A stretch of DNA of 64,000 nucleotides, taken from contig NC_052151.1 in NCBI RefSeq assembly GCF_902713615.1, positions 66,250,375 through 66,314,374 on the forward strand, read 5' to 3'. The position numbers were made by a program, and so were the translations under genes. Shown here in pieces: positions 27,421-39,790 of this stretch. This stretch comes from Scyliorhinus canicula. Its lineage: Eukaryota. The stretch's first letter is position 1. Each line of letters begins with the position of its first letter. Under the pieces are notes generated by a model. The model had not been told where the DNA came from and did no database searches. It saw nothing but the letters and a program-made list of their open reading frames with translations.

Positions 27421-28715
27421 TGAGGTGGGCAGATTTCTAGTGAATCACGAAAAATGGGGCCACGCAGGAAAAAGGAGAAAACCTGCCATGATTGTCTTGA
27501 ATAGTGGAGCAGACTCGAGGGACCATATGGTTTACTCCTAATCCTATTTTTTATGTTGTTAAATCTCCTGTGCAGTGTTTTGCTTTATAAACGTGCTATA
27601 TCAATCCAAATTGTTACAAGCTTTTCACAAATGAAAACAAAGGCCGGCTATGGTTCAATGCAAATCATAGTCCATATTGGAACCAAACCCCAGTAGCTGG
27701 TTTAATTCATCATTGGAAATATTTGTTACGGTTCTGTCTTATTCCCAATTGTATTGTTGACTATTCACCGCCGAAGACCAGGTTCTCGTGAGGCTGCAAT
27801 CTTCCATGAACTGTCAGTCGTTTTGCACATTGAATTTGCTGATCCCGGGCTTCAAACAGGAAGAAATTTCTGCCCCAGGCTCTGGTGACGTATTTCAGAT
27901 CCAGGCATCATTTTAAACTGCAAGATTGCATTCGACACTGGCGATTGTCTCAATCGGATCATTAAGGAGCTTAAAATTTACCAAATTTAATTTTTAATAA
28001 ATTGCCATTACAATTAAAGGAAAAGCAAATTGGAGACAGTGTAACACAGGCTGTTGATTTGCTATCATTCAATTTTCAGTCCTATTAAAGACCATTTTCA
28101 GCCCCCCATTTTTAAAAAATTACCCTTCATCTTTCGAAAATGTAAGGGCAAAAGAATTCAGAGCTAACAAATGTGAAGAAATTCAACACATTGGGACTAA
28201 TTCTAATGCCCTTTACATCTAATTTGTGGCAACAGCTAGCACGTAATGGGCTGGAAAATTGAATGAAAATCAGTTCTGATTGATTTCCACCCATTCTCGA
28301 ATTCATTTGAACTTCCAACAGATTTTTAGATGGATAGTGAGAGCCTCTGTGTGAACCAGATGGATATATTTATATGGAAACTTGTCGAACCGCCAAAATA
28401 GCTCATTACTTTGCCATGTTGCAACATGGTGAGTGACTGAAGAGTCCAACTCTCGAGCGACAGTCCTCCTTGCAGATGAGGCAGGCATGAATCACTGAGC
28501 CAGGTAGTGAAGCCTGCTCAATATTAACGCTTAAACCATGATACCCATTGTGAGGGGGGGGGGGGGGGGGGGGAACTTCGGGGGCGGGATCCTCCGTCCT
28601 GTCAACCGGCCAATGGGGTTTCTGATTGTGGGCACCCCAATGCTGTCGGGAAATCTGCGGGCGTGAGTGTGTTACCGGCGCAATGGAGGATCCCGCCGAC
28701 GGAGAATCCCGTCCA

Positions 28716-30160
28716 GGGTGCCCTTCTGGGCAGATGATTTGTTGCTGTATATTTCGGAGCCAAGCTCTTCGGTGAGGAGTGTAATGGGGTTGCTCCAGAG
28801 ATTTGGGACGTTTTCAGCGTATAAGTTGAATTTATGGAAAAGTGAGTATTTTGTGGGAGCGGGGTGGGGGTGGTGGTGGTGGGGGGGGGGGGGGGGGGGG
28901 CGCCATTTCACCTGGCTGTGTCTCACTTTAGGTATTTGGCGGTGCAGGTGGCTCAGGATTGGGCAGAGCTTCAGAAGTTTAACTTCACTGGCTTGGTGGG
29001 GAGGGTGAAGGCTGATTTGCTGAGGTGGGACAATCTCCCTCGGACGTTTGTTTGGGCCGGGTGGGGGCAGTAAAAAAAGGAATGTTTCTCCACGATTCCT
29101 GTATTTGTTTCAATGTCTGCCGTTCTTTTTGCCAAATCATTTTTCAGGGGGGTGGACAGGCTGATTTCCCCATTTGTTTGGGTGGGGAAGGTGGCCAGGA
29201 TTAGGAGGGTGATATTGCAGTCGCGGCTGGCAGGCCGGCCGGGAGGGGGTGGCCTCCCAAATTTGTTGCATTATTATAACTGGTCAGCAAATGCAGAGAA
29301 GGTTGAAGGTTCGGGACTAGATTACGGATGCGGGCTTTTGCAGGCGTTCGGGGTTGCAGGTGCTGACGACAGCATCGATCCCAATGGCCCCAGGGAAGTA
29401 TTTGGTGAGTCCAGTGGTGGTGGCCACATTGAAGATCTGGAGGCAGTTTAGACAGCACTTTTGGTTGGGGGCTCAGTAAGGAGAGATGCCAATTAAGGGG
29501 AATCATGAGTTTGAGCCAGGGAGGATGGATGCAAGGTTTCAGGGATGGGAAGAGGAGGGGGATTCAGGAAGTGAAGGATCTGTTTATGGGAGGGTGATTT
29601 GCAAGTTTGGAGGAGTTGGGCGAAAGGTTCCGGCTGGCGTGGGGCGAAAGTTTCAGGACTATGCAGGTGCAGGACTTTGCGAGGAAGGTCTTTCCGACCT
29701 TCGTGATAGCGTCTTCCTCCTCATTGCGCTATTCGAGGGGGTGAAGGATGTCGGTAAGTGATGTATTTGTGTGTGTGTGTTTGGGGTAGGGGGGAGGGGG
29801 GAGCGTGGTCCTGCGAATCATGCATATATGTTTTGGTCCTGCCTGAAGTTGGAAAGGTTTAGGAAGATGGTGTTCAGCACCATTTCGGGGGTTGTACATG
29901 TGGAATCCAGTCCCCACGGTGGCTCAGTGGTTAGCACCGCTGACTCACAGCACCAGAGACCCGGGTTCAATTCCAGCCATGGTTCACTGTCCGTGTGGGA
30001 TTTGTACTTTCTCCCCGTGTCTGCGTGGGTTTCCTCTGCATTATTCATCATGCATTTTCAGGAGTTGCTTCCTGTTGACTGTTGAGGGGGAGGGTTGGGG
30101 GGTTGTGGGGTTATTTTGGATTGTAAAACTGTTGAATTTGTTGACTATGAATACTTAAAA
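28716..30160 (+). mobile_element. Second L1-clade LINE remnant (RT C-terminal half), with SINE fragment at ~29915-30040
   Basis: WADDLLLYISEP, FSAYKLNLWKSE, GGGLPNLLHYY, PANHAYMFWSC. Confidence 0.8.
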
Positions 30161-30179
30161 AAACACATGATGGCCTTTT

Positions 30180-30229
30180 GGCTCGCTGCTCTTTCGGCTC
30201 GCTGCTCTTTCGGCTCGCTGCTCTTTCGG
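30180..30229. repeat. 16-bp tandem repeat x3 (GGCTCGCTGCTCTTTC)
   Basis: Seen directly, perfect copies. Confidence 0.9.
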
Positions 30230-30424
30230 TTCTTACCCACTTCTCAGTAGCCTCCATGGTTCTCTGATGCAGCAGAAATCCCCAATATGGCCTCTTGTTA
30301 CCATAACCTACTAAGCTTGTGATATCAAGTTAAAAATGTTCAAGTTTCTCTGAACCACTCTAAACCTGAGCTGAGGTCAGCCTTGAAGCATCTGCAAGTT
30401 TACCTTATAAAGAAAGTGGTATTG

Positions 30425-30790
30425 ACCGGAATAAGAGAAGATCTAAGTGAAACATATAGAATTCTCACCGGGCTGGATAGACGTAATGCAGAGATTCCCC
30501 TGCCTGGTGAATCTACAACAGGGTTTCACAGTCCCAGGGTACAGGGTAGGCAGTATAGGACTGAGATGAGGAGAATGTTTTTCACTCAGGAGGTGGTGAA
30601 CCTATGGAATTCTCTACCACAGAGGCCAAATCAGTGACTATATTTAAGAAGGAAATAGATAGATTTCTCGACTCGAGGTATAGGAGAGCATCAGAGTGTG
30701 GTGTTGAGTTTGAGGATGAGCCGTGATTGTACTGAATGGTAGAGCATACTCGCCTAGTCCAAATGGCCTAGTCCTGCTTCTATTTTCTAT
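30425..30790 (+). mobile_element. CR1 3' end
   Basis: EDLSETYRILTGLD...FFTQEVVNLWNSLPQ plus tail. Confidence 0.8.
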
Positions 30791-30792
30791 GT

Positions 30793-31218
30793 TACAAAGA
30801 ACAAAGAAAAGTACAGCACAGGAACAGGCCCTTCGGCCCTCCAAGCCTGTGCCGACCATGCTGCCAGTCTAAACTAAAATCTTCTGCAATTCATGGGTCC
30901 GTATCCCTCTATTCCCATCCTATTTATGTATTTGTCAAGATGCCCCTTAAATGTCACTATCGTCCCTGCTTCCACCACCTCCTCCGGCAGCGAGTTCCAG
31001 GCACCCACTACCCTCTGTGTAAAAAAACTTGCCTCATACATCTCCTCTAACCCTTGCCCCTCGCACCTTAAACCTATGCCCCCTAGTAATTGGCCCCTCT
31101 AACTGGGGAAAAGCCTCTGACTATCCACTCTTTCGATGACCCTCATAATTTTGTAGACCTCTATCAGTTCGCCCCTCAACCTCCGTCGTTCCAGTGAGAA
31201 CAAACCGAGTTTATTCAA
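30793..31218 (-). mobile_element. CR1 3' end (same subfamily as 1-448)
   Basis: Close reverse complement of ~25-448. Confidence 0.9.
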
Positions 31219-33147
31219 ACAGCATACTTAGAACGTATGTTTGATGAACCCAATTGAGGTTCAATGTTAGTTTCCCATTATTCCACATGTGCTTCGTCAA
31301 TTGTTCGAATGTAGCCTTTCTGCTGTGAGAGTTTAGCATATCATCGAGAGATACGTTACCCAAAACAGTAGATGCTAGTTTGTAGAACTTGTGTACCCTT
31401 TCTAACATGTTGCAAACTGTTGAAATTTCATGACTGGGATATTACCAGCCCTCTGGAAACAGACTGGGAGGAAGGAAGGCAGATAAAGTGGCAGCAGAAG
31501 GTTTTGGGAGGGAAGCCCACTGTCATGGAATGTTGCAAGTGGCAGGAATGGCTGTGACTCAGCTGCCCACCTCTGGTAAATTAAGGTAATTAGCTTCCTA
31601 TTAATGCCCATTGCACACCTCTGATATTTTGCCTGCATTGGAATTCCATCCTCTCCCCCCAGCCGCACCCCCACCACACATTGTGGGGAGATCACCAAGT
31701 ACATCAAGCCAACATTCCCTTTCTTTAATGATCTCCAATGGCCCATGGAGGGCATCCTGCGGCAGTGGCTGCCCTACGGCTTCAACGGTGTCACTGGAGG
31801 ATTCATCCTCCAGCAAGCCAGCCTGGCCTAGCACATTAATAGAAAAATCCCCCTGGCCCTTCGAGGGAACCTCTATCAGTGGCACTGCTGGTTTTGTCAA
31901 GCAGCTGACCCTGTGATTAAGCCACAAGTTCAGAGAGACGAGCTGCCTTTCAATTGGCCACCACTAGTAAAATCCCCTCCGCAGACACACCGTGCACCCG
32001 GGTTGGCTTGGGACCAGCATCTGATTTCAACTGCAGTCCTCATAGTGTGCCAATAAAATTCTGATCCCCTTGTGACATTCTTTTTGTGTCTCCTTTGGAC
32101 TGATATTTTGCCAAAGTTCATCAAGAGATAACAAAAACCTTTCGCTAAGTTGTTAAAGTTGCTGAATATAGAGTCAGTTGCCCCTCAGTCTGATTCAATT
32201 TGTGCATCATGTTAAAAAGGCTACAGTGCAGTATGAATGATAATCAATCTGACAGTTTTGAAATCTGTAGGGGCGTGAAAGGGTGATACATTTTGACATG
32301 AGCACTCTTTGGTCTATTATTCTCTGTGCTGCTTTGTTATACTTTTTCATCCAGTCCTGAAGGTGTAATATTCCAGACAAGATCAGTTGGAAAATTCTTT
32401 AATACTGCAGAGTGCACAGCAACAAATAAAATCAAAGGTCTATTGATAAAACTTTGCACCAACTACGCAGTGCTCATTGCACACAATGGACTGAATTTAA
32501 TGGTGTGGCCTCGACATTGGGCAGGAAAGTAACCCTGCCTCACCCCTTTCCGGGAGGCCAAACGCAATTCTGTGCCCATCATGCAATCACCCGACAGATG
32601 TCAATGCTACCGCCTCTTTACGGATGGAGATACCGCGCCCAAGAGCTGCGGCCAATCAGAGGGCTGGCAGCTGCGTTCCCCAGATCAGTGGCCACTGTTG
32701 GGACCTCAACCAGCCAGGAACAGCAGCAATGGAGCAGACCCTGGGAATGGAAGTAACTGGGATTGGGATCGGGATTGCTGGAGTTAGTCAGGTAGACCCT
32801 CCATGAGAGTGGACATGGGCTGTTGCTGAGGGCAGTGGGAATTGTTTCCATGGGGGTGGCACTTTCCACCGGCGTTGGAGGCAGGGTGATCAGGATGGAA
32901 CCCGTCCACACATCGGGGAGGCTGCCAGTTTTTACTTCGTTGCTTTTTCATGTAGCAGAGGGATCGCTAGCTGCTGGTAAAATGTCTGGGGCAGCAGCAT
33001 AGCCTTCATTTTTACAAAATGAATTCATGGAATGTGGGCGTCGCTGGTTCGGCCAGCATTTATTGCCTGAGTTGAATCCTTGAATCGCTGCAGTCCTGGA
33101 GGTGTAGGTACCCCCACTGTGCTGTTAGGGATGGAGTTCCAGGACTT

Positions 33148-33492
33148 TGGGCAGCACGGTAGCATTGTGGATAGCACTGCTTCACAACTCCAGGGTCCCA
33201 GGTTCGATTCCGGCTTGGGTCACTGTCTGTGTGGAGTCTGCACATTCTCCCCGTGTGTGTGTGGGTTTCCTCCGGGTGCTCCGGTTTCCTCCCACAGTCC
33301 AAAGATGTGCAGATTAGGTGGATTGGCCATGATAAATTGCCCTTAGTGTCCAAAATTGCCCTTAGTGTTGGGTGGGGTTACTAGGTTATGGGGATAGGGT
33401 GGAGGTGTTGACCTTGGGTAGGGTGCTCTTTCCAAGAGCCGGTGCAGACACGATGGGCCGAATGGCCTCCTTCTGCACTGTAAATTCTATGA
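33148..33492 (+). mobile_element. HE1-like tRNA-derived SINE (young copy)
   Basis: GGGCAGCACGGTAGC head, B-box GGTTCGATTCC, V-domain GGGTTTCCTCCGGGTGCTCCGGTTTCCTCCCACAGTCCAAAGA, CR1-derived tail. Confidence 0.9.
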
Positions 33493-33821
33493 CCCAGCAA
33501 CAGTGAAGGAACGGTGATATATTTCCAAGTCAGTGTGGTGAGTGACTTGGAGGGGAACCTCCAGGTGGTAGGGTTCCCAGGTACCTGCTGCTAAATAGGC
33601 CTTTACTGACCTCATAAGGTCCTCAATTAGCCTCTGGCCAGAAAGGACATATTCCACCTTGCCCACTGGTGATAGAATGGGAAGGTTATTGGCATTCCAC
33701 CTTCATCTTCTCTTTCAACTCTACAGCCCTCTCTCTTTTGAGACTGTTCCTGTGGGCCAGATTAAATTCAGCCCAGTGAAGTTGATACATTTTCATATGG
33801 GAATCATTACGACATCAACAT

Positions 33822-34090
33822 GGGGCGGCACATGGCACAGTGGTTAGCACTGCTGCCTCACAGCACCAGGGACCGGGGCTCAATTCCGGGTGGGGTCACT
33901 GTCTGTGTGAAGTTTGTACGTTCTCCCTGTGTCTGCGGGAGCTCCGGTTTCCTCCCACAAGTCCCGAAAAACGTGCTGTTAGGTCATTGGGACATTCTGA
34001 ATTCTCCCTCAGTGTACAGGCGCCGGAATGTGGTGACTAGGGGCTTTTCACAGTAACTTCATTGCAGTGTTTATGTAAGCCTACTTGTCT
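33822..34090 (+). mobile_element. V-SINE variant with alternative tail
   Basis: Same head and V-domain; tail GGCGCCGGAATGTGGTGACTAGGGGCTTTTCACAGTAAC; similar copy at 60458-60770. Confidence 0.8.
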
Positions 34091-35504
34091 TGGTTCCCCT
34101 TCAAGTCACTCACCACCCTGACTTGGAAATATATCGCCGTTCCTTCACTGTTGCTGGGTCAAAGTCCTGGAGCTCCATCCCTAACAGCACAGTAGGTGTA
34201 CCTACACCTCAAGGACTGCAGTGATTCTCCAGAAGTTGCTGTTATGTCTTTAACTTACACCAGTCCCTATTGCTTGACTGTGGAAGATGTATATTTGGGG
34301 TTTTGGGGACCAAAGTTACCTCTATAGGCCTGCCTTTTGACTCCTGTGTGCCTTTGTAAATACCAGTAGCCACAGATCTTCCAATGCCTTCACAAGAGAG
34401 GAACAAATATCCTTGGTTCTACAAAAGCCATCATCAGGAGCACAAATGGAATCTTGAAGCAAAAGCTTTGCTTTTAACTTCTGCCCCAATTAGTGGGGCT
34501 TTGACCTATCCCTTCTCAAGCCCAGTCTGACTATCCCTAGTTTAAAAGTCTAGGTGACAAGGATAACAAGCTAAAACAATCAAGGTTCTCCTTAAATTTG
34601 CCGATTGAGCTTAGTTTACCCAGAGGTCTGAGCAAGAGAACAGCGATGGATTCACTGCCAGGCCAGACGTGACCCAAGGGAACAAGGAGATATTTTTTGG
34701 TTTCTTTATGGAAAGTGAGGACCAAAATCTGATTGCGTCTGGAACCCCAACCTCATAACTCCCCTACCTGCCACGGACGTTTCCCACAGGTCTCCAGAAG
34801 CAGACACTTGTTGCCCGATTTCTCACTCCCACCATGTAGTGATTTCTGCCAGGTTTGGGTGGGGGTCAAGGCCTGAGTACTAAAATAAGGCCTTGGGGTT
34901 AATATGTGTGTTGACACAAAAACTAGTTGCTCATCTCGACCTCTCGCACAAATGATGGCAGCTCACAATAAAATTAAGGCTGCCAGTGCCTCCAGTACTA
35001 AGAATGTCAGTCATCATCATAGTTTACTGCATGGTGCACAACAAAACTGCGGAAAGGTTGCCCAGACAAGGGTCATCAACTCACGGAGGAGGAAGTCAAA
35101 CACGGCACTGAGGATGCTGAGGAGATTGCTAATGAGCAACAGTAAGCAGTCACCAGAGCCATCTGGCAAGATCTGTTTAATGAATCATTTACATAACGAC
35201 CCATCCATCCTTCCTGTGTTAATTATCCTGACAAACATCTTCTCCATTCCCTGTAAACGTACACCACAAGCAGAAACTAGTTCACAACTGGCAAAAAGAT
35301 TATTAATCCCATCTCAAATTCCAATCTACAGAACTTTGCAGGTCTGGAAGTAATGTTAATGGTGCCAACTAACTTTGTTACTTTTACTATTACTTTTCAA
35401 TCCAACACCTCAATGTTGGATCATTATAGCTTTGACAAGCAGCAACATCAGTGGCCAGCAGACAGTCATAGGCTTCAGACATAGTTATGGTAGTTAGTTT
35501 TGTT

Positions 35505-37240
35505 AGCAAGGGAACATAGGAATTAAGAGCAGAAGTAGGCAATTCAGCCCCTCCAGCCTGCTCCATCATCCAATCAGATCATGGTTGGTTTCTTCCATGT
35601 CTCAAGTCCTCCTCCCTACCTGTTCCCCATATATCATTAACCCATTTTTTAAAATCAGAAATATATCTATCGCCTTCTTGAAATCATTTAATGATTCAGA
35701 CTCACCGCACTATGAGTTCCATAGTGTTCCACAAATTCACCACCCTCTGCAAGAAGTAGTTCCTCCTCATCTCAGTTCTAAATCTACCACCTCTCAACCT
35801 ATATCTGTGGCCACGAGGGCAATTTGGTCTACAATGACTTTATCAATCCCTTTTAGTATTTATATACCTCGATCAAATCCCCTCTGATTCTTCTAAACTC
35901 CAGCAAGTATAAGCCCAAACTGTTTATTCTCTCCTCAGACGTCAACCCCTTTCATCCCCTGAATCAATCTGGTGAACCTCCTCTGAACTGCCCCCAATGC
36001 CACCACATCCTTCCTCAAATAAGGAGATCAAAACTGGACACAATACTCCAGATGTGGTCTCATCAACACCCTATACAATTGCAACAATACTTCTCTACCT
36101 TTATGCTCTAGTCCATTTGCAATAAACGCTAACATTCCATTTGTCTTTGAATTACATGCTGTAGCTGCATACCAATTTTCAGTGATTCATGAACAAAGAC
36201 ACCCAGATCTCTCTGCCCAGACGCATTTTGATTCTGCTTTCCATTTAGATAATAATTTGCCTTTCTATTTTTTCGGCCAAAATGCATAGCCTCACACTTA
36301 TCCACATTAAACTCCATCTAACAAATTTTTGCTGATTCCCCTAACCTATCTATATCCATCTGACTTCTCTTCACTGCCTGCTTTCCCACCTATTTTTTGC
36401 ATCATTCGCAAATATTGCGATTTTACACTCTGTCCCTACTTGAAGATAATTTACATAGATTGTAGACAGTTGAGTTTCGAGGACTGACCTCTGTGGCACT
36501 CCACTAGTTACAGTTCACCAGTCAGAGAAGGACCCATTTATCCCGACCCTCTGCTTTCTGTCAGTTGGCCAATCCTCAATCCAATCTAGTATTCTACTCC
36601 CAATCCCCTGCGTTCTCACCTTCTGGATCAGTCTTTTATGCAGTATCCCTATGTGCGGTGTCTGGGCCCTTCATAATTTGGTATACCCAATTAAATCATC
36701 CCTCAACCTCTTTTGTTCAAAGGAAAATAACTTCAACCTATTCAATCTTGGTTAAAAATGTCCAGTCCTGGCAATTTCCTCTACTCTGTACCAGTGCAGC
36801 CATATCTTTCCAACAATATGATGACCACAACTATACTCAGTACTCAACTTGTAGCCCAATGTTACATACAGTTCCAGTGTAATCTCTCTGCTATGCCTCG
36901 GCTAATAAAGCATGTAATATGCTTTTTAACCACCTTGTTGACCTGCCCGGTAACTTTAAGGAGCTGTTGACATACACTCCAAAGTTCCTCTGTTCCTCTG
37001 CATTACGCAGTATCCCACCATTTGTGTTCCATTGCCTTTCTGCACCTCTCATTATCTCACACATCTCTGGATTGTATTCCACTTTTCTGCCCAACTGATC
37101 AGATCATCCCACCTTCCTGCAATACAAAGCTTTCCTCCTCACTGTCGACCACACAGCCAATTTTCATACAATCTCAAAACATCTTTAGTTTGAGTCAAAA
37201 TCATTAATATAAACTATGCAACTGCTGAGTGGCAAATAAC
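35505..37240 (-). mobile_element. Two degenerate CR1 copies
   Basis: MEFNVDKCEAMHFGRKN motif and CR1 tail at ~35510; older second copy at 36640-37240. Confidence 0.75.
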
Positions 37241-37564
37241 TGGTACTATGTTGGTGTACATATTTAATTGATGTTGTCGGGCATGTTGAGTGAACAGCTA
37301 ATAAGGCATATGGTGGCCAGAATTCTCTGGCTGTCAGGTGTCTCTTTTCTTGTTGGGTTGTCCAGCTGCATGGAGTGGCTTCAATGGGAAATCCCATTGA
37401 CAAGTGGCGGGAGTATAGGATCCCCTCGCTATTAATAGGGGAATTAAGAACAAGAGTGAGGTGGTCATGTTGAAACTGTGTAAGACATTAGTCAGGCCTC
37501 ATCTGGAGAACTGAATCCACTTCTGGGTGCCACACTTGAAGAAAGATATCTTTTTAACATGTGC

Positions 37565-37762
37565 AGGGGCTGGTTTAGCACAGGGCTAAAGAGCTGGCTT
37601 TGAAAGCAGACCAAGGCAGGCCAGCAGCACGGTTCAATACCCATACCAGCCTCCCCGAACAGGCGCTGGAATGTGGAGACTGGGGGCTTTTCACAGTAAC
37701 TTCATTTGAAGCCTACTTGTGACAATAAGCGATTTTCATTTCATTCATTTTCATTTCATTTC
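37565..37762 (+). mobile_element. tRNA-derived SINE with (TTTCA)n tail
   Basis: GGGGCTGGTTTAGCACAG head; tail shared with 23010-23130 and 52003-52168. Confidence 0.8.
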
Positions 37763-37785
37763 AGTGATCACCAAGCCAGGCAAGT

Positions 37786-38110
37786 GGGCAGCATGATAGC
37801 ACAGTGGTTAGCACTGTTGCTTGACAGCTCCAGGGTCACAGGTTCAATTCCTGGCTTGGGTCACTGTCTGCGGAGTCTGCATGTTCTCCCCGTGTCTGCG
37901 TGGGTTTCCTCCGGTTTCCTTCCACAGTCCAAAGATGTGCAGGTTAGGTGGATTGGCCACGCTAAATTGCCTCTTAGTGTCCAAAAAGGTTGGGTGGGGT
38001 TACTGGGTTAAGGGGATCGGATGGAGGTGTGGGCTTAAGTGGGGTGCTCTTTCCAAGGGCCGGTGCAGACACAATGGGCTGAATGGCCTCCTTCTGCAGT
38101 AAATTCTATA
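37786..38110 (+). mobile_element. HE1-like SINE
   Basis: Head, V-domain and CR1 tail as at 33148. Confidence 0.85.
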
Positions 38111-38217
38111 ACAGCTTCCGCGGTGGCTAAATGGAGCTTTCTGAGTCCTGAGCTGAGATTTGGTAGGGGCAGTTTTCAATGATCAGTCATTGATTGGGGT
38201 GTTTTTAGTGGGCAAGC

Positions 38218-39090
38218 GGGAAGGATGTCAAGGCATTGGAGAGAGTACAGAAGATATTCACAAGAACTATGCCAAGGATAAAGAATTGTAGCTATGAGGT
38301 TAGATTGGAGAGGTTGCGACTGTTTTTCATGGAGGAAAGAAGGCTGAGAGGAGACTTGATAGATGTAATCAAGATTCTGAGGGGTATGGGCAGAGTAAAT
38401 AGTGAAAAACCGTTCTCACTCAAGGGAGCATCAAGATCTAGAGGGCACAGATTTACATAGAATTTACTAGAATTTACAGTGCAGAAGGAGGCCATTCGGC
38501 CCATCGAGTCTGCACCGGTTCCTGGAAAGAGCACCCTACCCAAGGTTAAAACCTCCACCCTATCCCCATAACCCAGGAACCCCACCCAACACTAAGGGCA
38601 ATTTTGGACACTAAGGGCAATTTAGCATGGCCAATCCACCTAACCTGCACATCTTTGGACTGTGGGAGGAAACCGGAGCACCCGGAGGAAACCCACACAC
38701 ACACGGTGAGGATGTGCAGACTCCGCACAGACAGTGACCCAAGCCGGGAATCGAACCTGGGACCCTGGAGCTGTGAAGCGATTGTGCTATCCACAATGCT
38801 ACTGTGCTGCCCCTAAATTAGTTGCCAAAGGAAGGAGAAGTGAATTGAGAAATAATGTCTTCACATAGTAGCTGGCTGGAGTTTGGAACAAACGTCCTGA
38901 GAAGGTGGTGGAGGCAGGTCTGATCGAGATATTCAGAAGGAAATTGAATTGAAATCTGAAGAGAAAGAATTTGCAAGGTTTCGGGGATAAAGCTGGGGAG
39001 CGGGATTAGGTGGAATGCTCTTTCAGAGAGCCAGTGCAAGTTTGACGTGCCAACTGGCCTCCCTCTGCACTGTAAATATTCTGTGATTTT
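38218..39090 (+). mobile_element. CR1 3' end interrupted by an HE1-like SINE
   Basis: LERVQKIFTR...RRLRGDLID...SRGHRF, resuming after 38813. Confidence 0.8.
38454..38813 (-). mobile_element. HE1-like SINE (young copy)
   Basis: Near-identical reverse complement of 33148-33492. Confidence 0.9.
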
Positions 39091-39625
39091 GTGGTATTGT
39101 GATTATACCTCTACTGGCTTAAAATTATTCTCCAACGTGAAACCAGTGCCACTGATAAAACAATAACTTTTAACAATCCCAATCCTACTGCCTGATGATT
39201 GAGTGCTTGAGTGTTAGACATTTATGGAAAAGGTTTAAAACAGCTGGAGTTGTTTGGAGAAGTAAGGTACACTTCTGGAGAAGTACAGGTGCCCCTTTCA
39301 GGGCGATAAAGTTCCCTTTGGGAGAGGTCAGATGCCCTTTGGGATTATTAAAGTTAGACATGAATGTAAAAGCAGACTAATGGAACTGTCAAGCTTTCAA
39401 GATATGTAAATCCCAAACTTTTTAAATGTTTGAAAAACACCACTCTGCATTTGAAAAATAAGGTGCTTGTAATTTCATTAGCTGTTTGTTGACATGATCC
39501 TGAGGACTATTATTATAGAATTAGTTGTGCATGACTGACTTCACAACCTATCATTGCCACAGTAGCAATTTAAGTTCACAGTTGGATTGAGAGATGCAAA
39601 TCTTTGATGACTTGTTTTCAAAAAG

Positions 39626-39790
39626 GATTAAGTACTTGTGTGAAATGTTTGTTTGCATAAGTATTAAGTATTTGAGTAAAATATTTGTCTTCATAAAGTA
39701 TTCAGTACTTGAGTGAAATCTTTATTTCATAAGGAATTAAGTATTTGAGGGAAATGTTTGCTTCTTTATAAATGAATAAAAGCTTGAAGG
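39626..39790. repeat. Degenerate ~36-bp minisatellite, ~4.5 units
   Basis: Unit approx. GTATTAAGTAYTTGAGTGAAATRTTTGTTTCATAA. Confidence 0.7.

Noticed and set aside
27768-27918. Possible minus-strand exon (CAG acceptor, GTGAAT donor)
   Set aside because: All three frames contain stops
33148-33215. tRNA genes suggested by A/B-box motifs
   Set aside because: All are SINE heads followed by V-domain or LINE tails; no complete cloverleaf
34904-35353. 149-aa ORF in unique sequence
   Set aside because: No recognisable domain or convincing splice signals; length compatible with chance
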